Assembly: GCA_963662545.2 (NCBI GenBank)
Contig: CAXXLL010000003.1
Coordinates: forward strand, 2,656,001-2,720,000
Direction: 5' to 3'
From: Gammaproteobacteria bacterium
GTDB lineage: Bacteria; Pseudomonadota; Gammaproteobacteria; Ga0077536
Length of the DNA stretch: 64,000 nt
The position numbers were made by a program, and so were the translations under genes. Under the pieces are notes generated by a model that saw only the letters and a program-made list of their open reading frames with translations, made no database searches and was not told the DNA's origin. Below, piece by piece: positions 52,954 to 63,370 of the stretch; position 1 is the stretch's first letter, and the number at the start of each line of letters is the position of its first letter.

Positions 52954-53289
52954 TGTTCGCCTCCAAGCGATGAATCCTAACTCAAGGTAGCCGGCCGGTC
53001 ATCTTGCAGCAGTTCACGCAGGACTGGTTCTAATACTTCGATGCATTCATCTGCGAACGCGGAAAAGAGTACAAGGGGTCACTTCAGTGCGTCTCCTTTT
53101 CCGCGCCGTTTCCGCACTTGAAATCACTAAGAAACAGTTTCCGGAGATGTGTGTGGATCTGATTTTTTCGAGAATTTAGAGATTACAACACCGTGAAATA
53201 ACTCACGCCAAAGGCCAGCAGCAATTGCACGAAAAAGATGAGTCGCAGAAAATATTTTGCCGTCCATTTTGGCTGTACACGCTGTGGCA

Positions 53290-53440
53290 GGCGCTTGTAA
53301 GGCGCCAACAGCAAACAGCCATATCGACCACGTCCCCAGCGTCTGGGTAAGCATATTGCTCAAGGCAGTAATGGTATCGGCGCCCTGTGGTGTTTCACCC
53401 ATTGCATACAGCACACCGGCGTCGGTGATTGAGTCGGTGT
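53290..53440 (-). pseudogene. Nramp-like membrane transporter fragment
   Basis: AGVLY..GETPQG...LSNMLTQTLGTWSIWLFAVGA. Confidence 0.45.
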
Positions 53441-53699
53441 TGGCCACGCGTTGTTCTTGTATTTAGACGACCGAAACTTGGCAACTTAAGTGTCGAATTG
53501 AAGTTGACTTGACAATAGCGGCTTTAGCCCTTGGTCCAGGCCGCGGCGCGCGGGCGCCGTCTCGGCCAGCCTGCGACGATCCGGCCGCGGCCTTGAGGGA
53601 GCTCCGGCCGGTGATCCGCCGCCGAGATCCGGGACCCCAGCGCATGGAAGACTTCGAACGAGCGGCGGATGAGCGCGGGGGACACGCCGTCCAGCACGA

Positions 53700-54712
53700 A
53701 CACAAGGCCTTCATGCTACAAACGCGCCCCGCGCAAGATGAACACACGCCTACCAGCGAGCGCTTGGCCAAGGCCGCGGGCTTCTCCCTACACGCGGGCG
53801 TGGCGGCCGAACCCTGGGAGCGCAACAAACTCCAACGTCTCGCCCGTTACCTCACTCGCCCCGCGATCGCAGAGCAACGCCTCGCGCTAACTGCACAAGG
53901 CCTCGTCAGGTACGAACTCAAAACCCCTTATCGCGACGGCACCACCCACGTGTTCTTCGAGCCCCTGGACCTCATGGCCCGCCTCGCCGCACTCATCCCC
54001 AAACCGCGCGTCAATCTGATCCGATTTGATGGGGAACATCCCTGTTCCCCACCCTTCGGGCAACCTTCGGTTGTCCAAATTTATTCCCGATAAATTTGTC
54101 ACGGTGTCTTTGCCCCGAATAGCCCGCATCGCGCCGCCGTCACGCCCGCCCGACGCGGCCGCAAGCAATCCGATGCAAAGCCCGACAAAACACCCGCCCA
54201 ACAACGCGCCACCATGAGCCTTAAGCACAAAGACTCAAACGTGTGTTCAATATCGATATCGAGACCTGTGAGGCCTGCGGGGGGCATGTCAAGATCATCG
54301 CCTGCATCCGACTGCAGGGATGCAGGAGGTAGAGCAATGCAGGAGCAATTGCCGAGAAGACCCCGACCTTATCCAACGCATCCTCGACCATCTCGACCGT
54401 CATACCGAACCGACCCGAGCTGTCAACGCGCATCCCGCCCGCGCGCCGCCGCAACTGCCCCTGCTCGGACTCAACGATTGAGCCCAACAGCCACACGCAG
54501 CACGGATGCCAGGCCTCGCCAGCGACGGTCTCCGCGACACTCGACCGCAAGGCTAATCCGTCGACTTCACGCCCCGCTCAGCCGTTCAGTGACACGCGAT
54601 AACCCGATTTCACACGCCTGACCCCTACGTCTGCCCCACTTCCGCCTTCGTCAACCGCGCTCCAACCCGCGCGTCAGCGCATGAATGCGGGCGTTATACT
54701 TCCTATTCTCCC
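53700..54712 (+). mobile_element. IS91/ISCR-like remnant C with oriIS
   Basis: Near-identical to 46037-47049; carries both mini-insertions. Confidence 0.88.
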
Positions 54713-55339
54713 AGGGCCGAAGACTTGATCATTGACGATGGCAGGATCTCGGTCGCCGGGACGCCGTCGCGGTCCATGACGATGCAAGAGGTCGCCTTCG
54801 CAGCGTATTGGGACGGTAACGTGCGTGACGACGAGGCTGGCGGAAGCCACCAACCACTGTTGTCGTCTACCCGTTTTTACGATCCGCCCGCCACGTATGC
54901 GAACGGCTGCGTTGTGGTGCTCGCCGAGGTCGACACCGACACCGGCGTCGTCAAGTTGGATCGCGTCGTCGTGGTGGAGGACTGCGGGACGGTCATCAAT
55001 CCCATGATCGTTGAAGGACAGGTGCACGGTGCGATCGCCCAGGGGATCGGCGGCGCGATGCTCGAGTATCTAATCTACAGCGAGGATGGTCAGCCGCTGA
55101 CGACGACTTATATGGACTACCTGGTTCCCACCGCCACGGTTGTGCCCAACATCGAGGTGCTCCATCTCGAATCGCCGTCGCCATTCAGTATCGGTGGCAT
55201 TTAGGGGATGGGCGAAGGCGGACAGATTGCCGCGCCGGCAGCAGTGGCCAACGCGGTCGCCGACGCGCTCGCGCCGTTCGGCGCCCGCGTAACGCGTCTG
55301 CCACTGACACCCGACAATGTCCTGCGGATGATCGGCTGA
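54713..55339 (+). pseudogene. Xanthine dehydrogenase/CoxL-family molybdoprotein C-terminal fragment with premature TAG (55202)
   Basis: DCGTVINP..VEGQVHG...GI*GMGE...ANAVADAL. Confidence 0.85.
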
Positions 55340-55440
55340 TCACAATCGCCAATTCGATTTGGGAAATGTCGGATTCCGACGAGCCTGCCAAGCCTCTGCC
55401 ATGATGCCAGCGTGATCCGCCGTCCAGTTGACGGGGTTGT

Positions 55441-56583
55441 TCAGCTCGAGGGGTACGGTCCGCTCAGAGCGGCGACTTGCCCTTTATGCTTGGCCGATGT
55501 AATGAGAAACAATCCGCGGGTAACCAGGGGCAACATGTAGAATATGATGAAACCCCAGGCGACCGTACCGTAGCCTTTGGCAACGAGCGCTATAACGCCG
55601 AAGGTTGCCAGAACAGAGCAAAGCACGAACGCCGAACCCGCTATCAGCGCATGAGCCAAGCGGCTGAGACCTTGACCCCTGATCTCTATGAAGAAAGCAT
55701 CCAGCCGTTCATTAACGCCGTGCAGCAGACCGACTCCCGTCTGCACCATCATCACAAATAGTACGATCGTGAAGACACTGTAAAAGACTGGCATTCCCAA
55801 ATGCTGGACCATCCAGTATGTGGGCAGAGCTTCCTCAATCACCGCGGGAAATCCCGCGAGAAACGTGAAATGAAACACGATGGCTGGCAAGCTGCCAGAC
55901 ACCGCGGCGAACGCTGCCGCAATTAGCACTTCATGCCGGGTCTCAAACTCTCTTGCGACAAAGAGCAGCGCCGGAACGACGCAACAGTTGTATACGGCGA
56001 ATCGGAAGCCGTTCAAGGCCCACCCCGATTCTGCGGTACCGGTTCGAAATACTTCGGCTATGCGGTCGCCCTGCCCCCAAGCAACGATCGCAAGATAGGA
56101 TATAAGTACTGCGGAAAATGCGATCATGCCACAAGTCAGTGTTAACTCGACCAGGTGGCGTCCGTAATAGGTCGTTACAACGATGCCCAACAGCACCAAC
56201 ACGGCGCCGACCATGTAGGGAATCTGAAACGCATCCAGAAGAATCGTGCCGGCCGCCGAAGTGGTTACCGCCAACACAAGTATGATTGTGGCAATGAACA
56301 GGGCTTCGTAGATTACCCACGCGCGGCCCAAAAGTTTCTTGAAGAATCGTCGATAGTCGTAAACTCGGAACAGTCTTCCAATTTCAAACGTGAGCGCCAG
56401 TATGACGAACATGGTTGCAACAACCACCGGCAACGCCAACGCGCCGCCAACCGCCCCGTACTGGGTGATAAATTCCATTACCTCGCGGCCCGATCCATAA
56501 CCCGGACCGACGAGAACGGCCTGAAATACCGCCGCCGGCATCAGGATGACGCGAACAAAACGATTCGCAAGTATGTCTCTCAT
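55441..56583 (-). CDS. YkvI-like membrane protein (amino-acid permease-like)
   Basis: VGPGYGSGREVMEF, about 10 TM, LVAKGYG. Confidence 0.8.
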   Translation of the reverse strand: MRDILANRFVRVILMPAAVFQAVLVGPGYGSGREVMEFITQYGAVGGALALPVVVATMFVILALTFEIGRLFRVYDYRRFFKKLLGRAWVIYEALFIATIILVLAVTTSAAGTILLDAFQIPYMVGAVLVLLGIVVTTYYGRHLVELTLTCGMIAFSAVLISYLAIVAWGQGDRIAEVFRTGTAESGWALNGFRFAVYNCCVVPALLFVAREFETRHEVLIAAAFAAVSGSLPAIVFHFTFLAGFPAVIEEALPTYWMVQHLGMPVFYSVFTIVLFVMMVQTGVGLLHGVNERLDAFFIEIRGQGLSRLAHALIAGSAFVLCSVLATFGVIALVAKGYGTVAWGFIIFYMLPLVTRGLFLITSAKHKGQVAALSGPYPSS

Positions 56584-56795
56584 GTAGCGCCGGTTTCGAA
56601 AGCAATTTCAGTTACACCGATTCATAGGGTGACCTGCGTGCCGTCGGGACTTGCCTCTACAGTCGTCCTGCAAACGCGGCGGCTTCTACCCGCGCAGCGG
56701 GGGGCGACGTATGGCCGAAGCTTATGAGGAGATGCCTGAGGAGCATGACCTCTTTGGGAAAAAGTTTCGCGGAAGGCGCTTGAACGTTCTCTGGT

Positions 56796-57932
56796 CTACG
56801 AGTCCAACCGATAGAACCGAGCGGCAGCGTCCCCCAGCACTTGGCGTCGGGCTGAATCATCAATCGTCTGCATATTCTGCCACTTCGCCACCTCCCCAAA
56901 CGACGTGATCGAATCCCCATAGTGGGGATAGTCCGAGGCATACATGAAATGCTCCGCCCCCATCTCCTCGAACACCGCGGGCAAGACGACTTCCTCGCTT
57001 TCCACATGGTAGTACACCTGCTCGCCCTTCATATGTTCCCTCACACCCTTCTTCATCCCCGGAAACTCATAGCCGATCTCGCTGTACTCTCCGTGCTGCT
57101 CCAAGCGGCTCATCCAGTACGGCACCCAGCTACAGCCAGACTCCAGAAAGGCCACCCGCAGTCTCGGAAAGCGATCCAGCACGCCTCCAAAGATGATCGC
57201 CCCACACGCCAGCATGTTGTCGTGCGGAAAACAGCAGGCCTGTATCAAAGGAAACCGCCGATCGAACTGCGCCACCGGGATGTCCCGCGTGGCAAGCGCA
57301 TGATTGTGAATGCCCAGGGGCACATCCAACTCTTGCATCTCCTCATAAAGAGGATAGAAATCGGGGTGATCAAGCATCTTGCCCCACACAATCGGAGGCA
57401 TTTTCACTCCCACAAATCCCAAATCCTTTACCGCCCGCCGCAGCTCTTTACATGACTCTTCGATGTCCACCAGGGGCAGGTTAGCTACCCCTATGAGCCG
57501 CTTGGGATCTGCCTGGCAGTAGTCCGCCAGCCAGTTGTTGTAGGCCCGGTTCATTGCGGCGTTGAACTGCACATCGTCCGTCAGGAGTTCCAACCAGAGG
57601 TACATCGTGGGATAGAGCACAGAAATGTCGATCCCTTCCTCATCCATGTCCTTGAGCCGGAGATGCGGGTCATAACCTCCCGGCCGCAGGATATGATCGT
57701 ACATGCCAAAGTACTTACCGAATTCTTGCTCGTCGGGGATCATCTTTCCCTCAAACAGAAAATTCTCATGTCCCCAGTTGTCGACGACGATGCGGGGCCG
57801 GCGATCTCGATACTTCTCCTCCAGGTACTCTTTCCAACAATCGTTGCCCTCCACGTACTTCCCGTTTTCATCTTTGGTGAAGCTGAACTCCACCACATGC
57901 CCATCGCTGTCAATGACTTTCGTGGGTTCCAT
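56796..57932 (-). CDS. Amidohydrolase_2-family metal-dependent hydrolase/decarboxylase
   Basis: IDSDGH, YNNWL, FLESGCSW, ASDYPH. Confidence 0.9.
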   Translation of the reverse strand: MEPTKVIDSDGHVVEFSFTKDENGKYVEGNDCWKEYLEEKYRDRRPRIVVDNWGHENFLFEGKMIPDEQEFGKYFGMYDHILRPGGYDPHLRLKDMDEEGIDISVLYPTMYLWLELLTDDVQFNAAMNRAYNNWLADYCQADPKRLIGVANLPLVDIEESCKELRRAVKDLGFVGVKMPPIVWGKMLDHPDFYPLYEEMQELDVPLGIHNHALATRDIPVAQFDRRFPLIQACCFPHDNMLACGAIIFGGVLDRFPRLRVAFLESGCSWVPYWMSRLEQHGEYSEIGYEFPGMKKGVREHMKGEQVYYHVESEEVVLPAVFEEMGAEHFMYASDYPHYGDSITSFGEVAKWQNMQTIDDSARRQVLGDAAARFYRLDS

Positions 57933-57948
57933 CGCGCTGTCCTCCGGG

Positions 57949-59307
57949 TTAGACCGCTTCCTCTACTTTATTTTTCTTCACGTGCGCGCCTACCCCGGTC
58001 GTGGAGCTAGCGTGCGTTTCCTCCCGAATCGCCTCTTCCATAATCGCCACTGCCCTGTCTATCTCCTCATAGGAGCTCGTGAGAGGCGGCGCAATTCTAA
58101 ACACGCTGTTTTTACCCTTGAGTTGGACGATGTTCATTAGCAAGCCCTTGTCTAAACACTTCTGGTTAATGCTTGCCCCTTCTTCTCCGGCAGGCTCTTT
58201 GGTCTCACGGTCCCGGACGAGCTCTATGCCTATAAGGAGGCCTTTGCCCCGCACATCACCGATGATCTCATAACGCTCAGCCAGCTCTTCAAGCCGTTTT
58301 TTCAAATACGCACCCTTCTCTTTCGCTTGGCTGACCAGGTCTTCCTCCGCAACAATCTCCAACACCGCCAGGCCTACGCGGGCGGGAAGGGGATCGGCAG
58401 TATGTGAAGTTGCGTGCAGAAAACCTTTATCAAAAATCGCCCCTTCAATCTCTCCACTGACCGATGTCGTGGAAAGCGGGGTACCGCCTCCAAAGGATTT
58501 GGATAAGCACAGGATATCCGGAACAGTGTCCAGTTCTTCAAAACCGAACATGCAACCTAATCGTCCCAGCCCGGTAATAGCCTCATCGAAAATCAGCAGC
58601 ATCCCGCGTTCTTCATTCATCTTTTTGAGCTTGGCGAAATAGCCCGGAGGCGGGTCAATGATGCCACCGGCGCTTAGGATAGGTTCCACGATCGTGGCGG
58701 CTAAGGCCCCCACCGACTCTTTGTCGATGAGTTCAAAGCTGACGTCCATACAGGCAAATTCACAGCTCTCGGGTTTGAGCTTGAGCGGACAGCGATAGCA
58801 GTACGGGGTCAGAATGGCATACGCCCCTGGCGCCGCTGGACCATAGCCACTATGGCCCATGGAGAAGGTGGAGGCGCCACTGCCGCTTGTGAGGCCATGA
58901 AATCCGGCGGTAAAACTCAGGATCTCAAATCCACCCGTATACATCTTGGCCATTTTGATAGCGACTTCGGTAGATTCACTACCCGTACTGAGCTGAATGG
59001 TTTTGGAGAGAGAGTCCGGTAAATAGCTTGCCAACTTGACCGCCAGATTGATGGTATCGACCGTCTGTCTCCAGGTGTTCGCGTGCAGGATATCGCGACA
59101 GGCACCCTCAATGGCTTCGATGACTTTAGGATGGTTGTGTCCCACGGCAGCACAGATCTGACCTGAGGTGAAGTCTATAAACTCTGTTCCGTTGACGTCC
59201 TTAACAAGGGAGCCTTTGCCGCTGGCAAGAATAGGGGGCGCCCAGTCCTCTCGCACACTCCGGACGATGTGTTTATTGGCCTGGCTGACCAGCTCTTTCT
59301 CGTTCAT
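57949..59307 (-). CDS. Class III PLP enzyme, 2,2-dialkylglycine decarboxylase-like
   Basis: DFTSGQ, LSTGSES, EPILSAGGII, DEA.TG, SKSFGGG. Confidence 0.85.
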   Translation of the reverse strand: MNEKELVSQANKHIVRSVREDWAPPILASGKGSLVKDVNGTEFIDFTSGQICAAVGHNHPKVIEAIEGACRDILHANTWRQTVDTINLAVKLASYLPDSLSKTIQLSTGSESTEVAIKMAKMYTGGFEILSFTAGFHGLTSGSGASTFSMGHSGYGPAAPGAYAILTPYCYRCPLKLKPESCEFACMDVSFELIDKESVGALAATIVEPILSAGGIIDPPPGYFAKLKKMNEERGMLLIFDEAITGLGRLGCMFGFEELDTVPDILCLSKSFGGGTPLSTTSVSGEIEGAIFDKGFLHATSHTADPLPARVGLAVLEIVAEEDLVSQAKEKGAYLKKRLEELAERYEIIGDVRGKGLLIGIELVRDRETKEPAGEEGASINQKCLDKGLLMNIVQLKGKNSVFRIAPPLTSSYEEIDRAVAIMEEAIREETHASSTTGVGAHVKKNKVEEAV

Positions 59308-59579
59308 GGTTTATCACCTCACCTAATTCGAGATCCGTTTACCGTCGTCACACTTTTCTATCTGCGTGTGGCCGCACCACATTTTCCCTGGTGCGCACGT
59401 TCTGTATTGCAGAATACTAGACGAACAAAGCGTGTTAATCGAACATGCGGTCCCAAGACGTGAATTTGGGTCGATTGTGGCGTGGTTGTCGCCTCGACCG
59501 AATTATCGAATGAAGTCGACAACATACCGCCTTCAGTGGGAAAAATTCGGTTGGCCAAACGAATGAATGTACCTCGCAA

Positions 59580-61001
59580 ATGAAAACCGTACCGACAATC
59601 ACAACGGCTTTATTGCTCTTCTTACTGGCCACGCCGTCCGTGATTGCGAAGAGCCCTCGAGATGAATTTTGTAGTCGCATTAATGAGTGGGACCCCCATA
59701 TGCAGACCGAACAGATCGGGAGCATACCCATCGAAAGCGAATACATCATCTTCATCATCGACACTTCGGGCAGCATGATCCGCTATGCCTGGCCAAAGGT
59801 GATCGAGCAGCTCTTAAAAACCCTCACCGTCTACCCGAAATTGAAGGGGATCCAGATCATGAATGACATGGGTACCTACATGTTCCCGAATACCCGGGGG
59901 CAGTGGATCCCGGATATGCCGGAACGCCGGCGGGCGATCATCGATCGCCTGTGCACCTGGAGAGCGAGTTCAAACGGCAGCCCGGTCGAGGGCATTACGG
60001 CCGCGATTCGTTCATTTTATTCGGCCGACAAGAAGATCAGCCTTTACTTCTACGGTGACGAGTTCACGCGGGATTCGATCCGCAAGGCCATCGTACACGT
60101 GGACTCTATCAACCCTAAGGATGCCGAAGGCAATCCGCTCGTTCGTATCCACGCGAGCGGGTTTCCGGTTCAGTTCGCCAATCCACCCGAGCTGCAGGCC
60201 ACGGGGATCAAGTTCGCGGCGCTCATGCGTGAACTGACGGGCAGGAACGGCGGCACCTTCGTCGGCCTGAATTCGTTTAAGCCCGTGGAAATCGACCGCA
60301 ACAACGTACGGGCGCGAAATTATGAACAATCACGCGATGTACCCACGTTCGTCGGCAAAGGTAACCGCGAATATCTCACCGGGATCCGGCTTGGCGGCCG
60401 CCGCATCCTGATCCTGCTCGATGCCTCAGCGAGCATGCTGGACGAGACCATAGTCAATGTGAGCCGGCGGCGTAACATGGATGACGCGGCCAAACGCCGC
60501 TCCGCCAAATGGCGGCAAGCTTTGGCTACCGTAGATTGGATCAGCGCCCGCTTCCCGCAGCAAAGTCAATATCAGATCTACACCTTCAACACCAACGCGA
60601 GCCCGGTGCTATCAGACACCCGCGGGCATTGGCTGCCGGTATCCAATATCAACGAGCTCAAACGAGCGATCGATGAAGTGAAGCAAGAGATACCCGAAGG
60701 CGGCTCTAATCTGGATAGTGCACTTCACGTCATCACTCAGCTCAATCCACGCCCGGATAATGTCTACCTCATCACTGATGGCCTACCAACACTGGGGCGC
60801 ACGCCGCCGAGCAGTACTACGGTCTTCCCGAGGGAACGGCTACGACACTTCGAGGAGGCGGTGACGCGGATCCCATTTGGCATTCCGGTCAACGTCATCC
60901 TGTTACCCATGAAAGGCGACCTCATGGCGGCGTCCGCCTTCTGGAACCTTGCGTTATACACGCAAGGCTGGTTTCTCACCCCGGCGGTAGATTGGCCGTG
61001 A
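59580..61001 (+). CDS. Exported protein with two tandem VWA domains
   Basis: Signal peptide; MIDAS motifs DTSGSM and DASASM; TDGLP; ends in DWP. Confidence 0.85.
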   Translation: MKTVPTITTALLLFLLATPSVIAKSPRDEFCSRINEWDPHMQTEQIGSIPIESEYIIFIIDTSGSMIRYAWPKVIEQLLKTLTVYPKLKGIQIMNDMGTYMFPNTRGQWIPDMPERRRAIIDRLCTWRASSNGSPVEGITAAIRSFYSADKKISLYFYGDEFTRDSIRKAIVHVDSINPKDAEGNPLVRIHASGFPVQFANPPELQATGIKFAALMRELTGRNGGTFVGLNSFKPVEIDRNNVRARNYEQSRDVPTFVGKGNREYLTGIRLGGRRILILLDASASMLDETIVNVSRRRNMDDAAKRRSAKWRQALATVDWISARFPQQSQYQIYTFNTNASPVLSDTRGHWLPVSNINELKRAIDEVKQEIPEGGSNLDSALHVITQLNPRPDNVYLITDGLPTLGRTPPSSTTVFPRERLRHFEEAVTRIPFGIPVNVILLPMKGDLMAASAFWNLALYTQGWFLTPAVDWP

Positions 61002-61029
61002 AGATCCATCGTCGGTTTTCCTATTCGGC

Positions 61030-61425
61030 TCAGGCGACGGCCGTCCCTTCAATCTCGATCATGATGCTTGGGTCGAAGAGGCGTGTCACCCCGAGGAGCG
61101 TGGCCGCAGGCCCGCACCCATCCGCCGCGACTAGCCCGAAAATTTCACCGGCCGCCTCCATGAAACCATCTACATCAGTCGTGTACATGGTCAAACGAAT
61201 GACGTTGGCCGGCGTCATATCAGCCTCTGCAAGCGCGTCCTTCAAGTTGGCCCAGGCGAGCGTGAACTGTGCGACGAGATCGCCCGGATGCATTGGCGTT
61301 CCATCGGCGCTAGTTGAAGTTTGGCCGGAGAGGTAGAGCGTGCGCTGGCCGTCGGTCACCTCAACACCGTGGTTGACGTTGAAAGCCTGAAGCCAGGGTG
61401 TGGGATTGATAGTACGGGTTTGCAT
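61030..61425 (-). CDS. RidA/YjgF-family protein
   Basis: LYLSGQT, NL...L, IEIEGTA; RBS GGAGG. Confidence 0.88.
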   Translation of the reverse strand: MQTRTINPTPWLQAFNVNHGVEVTDGQRTLYLSGQTSTSADGTPMHPGDLVAQFTLAWANLKDALAEADMTPANVIRLTMYTTDVDGFMEAAGEIFGLVAADGCGPAATLLGVTRLFDPSIMIEIEGTAVA

Positions 61426-61607
61426 GCGGGGCCTCCTTAGATGGTATTGGGCGAAACGCGCCTCGGCGAGGCGAAACGGCTGCTCTAATGCAGCAGGCCA
61501 AGCCGGCACGGGTTTCCAGTGTACGCACCCCAGGGCGCGTATAAAATGACTGTGCAGCGCTGTGGTCGCGCGTTATCTAGGGCCGGAACGTCAATTCATC
61601 GGACGGA

Positions 61608-63353
61608 CTAGCGTCGAAGGCTCCTTGATTTCTCCCGCAACGCGAACACCCACAACACCCCACCCTGTGGCACGACGGTTTTATGCGGCATGGCGTTATC
61701 GAACATGACCTGCATGGTTGCTGCATCGACGCCCCATCCGGCCTGAACTGCAATGTACTGAATCCCGTCCAGCATGTATGACGCAGGCACCGCGGTAATG
61801 CCAGAATTAAGCCGCATCTGCCAGAGCTTCTCGCCCGTTTCAGCGTCCAGGGCGCGGAATACGCGGTCGTTGCTGCCACCCGAGATAACCAGATTGCCCG
61901 CGGTGGTCAAGATCGAACCCCAGTTCATCTCCTTGATGTTGAACGTCCAAACTTCTTTACCCTGAGAGATATCCCAGGCTTGTATCTCACCTATGTGTGG
62001 ATCAATTCCGTTCAACGCATCAGGGTGTAGCCGCATACTCCCCAACAACTGCGGAATGGAGTACCCCATGTAGATCTCGCCTTTCCGGTATTCGGGTTTG
62101 AAGCCCCGCATCACCGAGCACAGGTTTTCATTGGCCGGGATGTACAGCAGCTTGGTATTTGGGTTGTAGGCCTCGGGTGGCCAGCCCTTGCCGCCAAAGA
62201 ACGATGGGCAGAAATCCGCCGTCTTATCGATACCGGGGATCTTGTCCGGGTTATAGCTGGGGCGTCCGGTGTCCGGATCAATGGCGGTGAAAACATCCTG
62301 ACGGACATAGGGTTCAGCATCGACGAAGCGGATCGAATCCTTGCCACGTTCCAATAACCATAAATAGCCGTTGCGCCCGGCGTGCACCAGTGCCTTGAAC
62401 TGCTTACCGTCGCGTTCGACGTCGATGAGCACCGGCGGCGAGGTCTCGTCCCAGTCCCAGGCGCCATTCCAATGGTATTGGTGGAAATCCTTGATAGCGC
62501 CCGTGTCCGGGTCTATCGCTAACACTGAATTCGTGTACAAATTGTCGCCAGGGCGCACTTCCGGGATCCAGGGTCCGGGATTACCGGTTCCCATGAACAG
62601 CAAATCGAGATCTGGATCGTAGGTCGCCGTGCTCCAGATAGAACCACCACCGTGCTCCCAGGTATCCTCCGGCCAGGTGTCGCCGCCGGGTTCATCCGGC
62701 TCAGGAATCGTGTAAGTGCGCCAAATTTCTTTACCGGTTTCGGCGTCCAGCGCGACCGCGAAACAGCGCGCGCCGAATTCCGCACCTGACACGCCCATAA
62801 TGATCTTGCCGCGGATCGGCAACGGCGCCAGCGTCATATGAAAACCGGCCTCCCAGTCGGCAACGCAGGTCTCCCAGATTTCCTCGCCCGTGGCCGCATC
62901 CAACGCCACGGCGCACGCATCGGTCGCGGTGACGAAGACTTTGTCGCCATACAGCGCGACGCCGCGATTGGTCGGGTGCATTTGCACCAACTCCTCGGGG
63001 ACTTCCTTGCGATAGCGCCAAATTTCATTGCCGGTCCTGCCATCCAAGGCAATGACCTCATGAGCTGGCGTCGTAATGAACATGTAGCCGTCGTTTACGA
63101 TGGGCGGAGATTCGTGCCCCTCGAGCGAACCGGTCGAATACGTCCATACCGGCGTGAGTTCGGAAACATTCTGCGTATTGATCTGATCGAGCGGACTGTA
63201 GGTCCAGCCCGCATAGTTGCCGCGCCACTGCAACCAGTTTTCAGGCTCAGGATTCAACAATCGCTCGTCGGTGACGGGTGAATACGCAGGGGGCTCTGCG
63301 AGCGCGGTTGGCATGACCAGCATGAGCAAAATAACCGACAGCCTTGGGTTCAT
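61608..63353 (-). CDS. PQQ-dependent dehydrogenase (methanol/ethanol-type propeller)
   Basis: Signal peptide, YSPLDQIN, NRGVA, GGGSIW, GTGNPGPW, WDWDE, GRNG. Confidence 0.92.
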   Translation of the reverse strand: MNPRLSVILLMLVMPTALAEPPAYSPVTDERLLNPEPENWLQWRGNYAGWTYSPLDQINTQNVSELTPVWTYSTGSLEGHESPPIVNDGYMFITTPAHEVIALDGRTGNEIWRYRKEVPEELVQMHPTNRGVALYGDKVFVTATDACAVALDAATGEEIWETCVADWEAGFHMTLAPLPIRGKIIMGVSGAEFGARCFAVALDAETGKEIWRTYTIPEPDEPGGDTWPEDTWEHGGGSIWSTATYDPDLDLLFMGTGNPGPWIPEVRPGDNLYTNSVLAIDPDTGAIKDFHQYHWNGAWDWDETSPPVLIDVERDGKQFKALVHAGRNGYLWLLERGKDSIRFVDAEPYVRQDVFTAIDPDTGRPSYNPDKIPGIDKTADFCPSFFGGKGWPPEAYNPNTKLLYIPANENLCSVMRGFKPEYRKGEIYMGYSIPQLLGSMRLHPDALNGIDPHIGEIQAWDISQGKEVWTFNIKEMNWGSILTTAGNLVISGGSNDRVFRALDAETGEKLWQMRLNSGITAVPASYMLDGIQYIAVQAGWGVDAATMQVMFDNAMPHKTVVPQGGVLWVFALREKSRSLRR

Positions 63354-63370
63354 TACCGTCCCCGTTTGCC

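Noticed and set aside
40179-55204. Amber recoding (in-frame TAG in the SnoaL and XDH genes)
   Set aside because: Both are single-base changes in decayed or truncated genes, TAG ends many normal genes here, and no pyl machinery is visible
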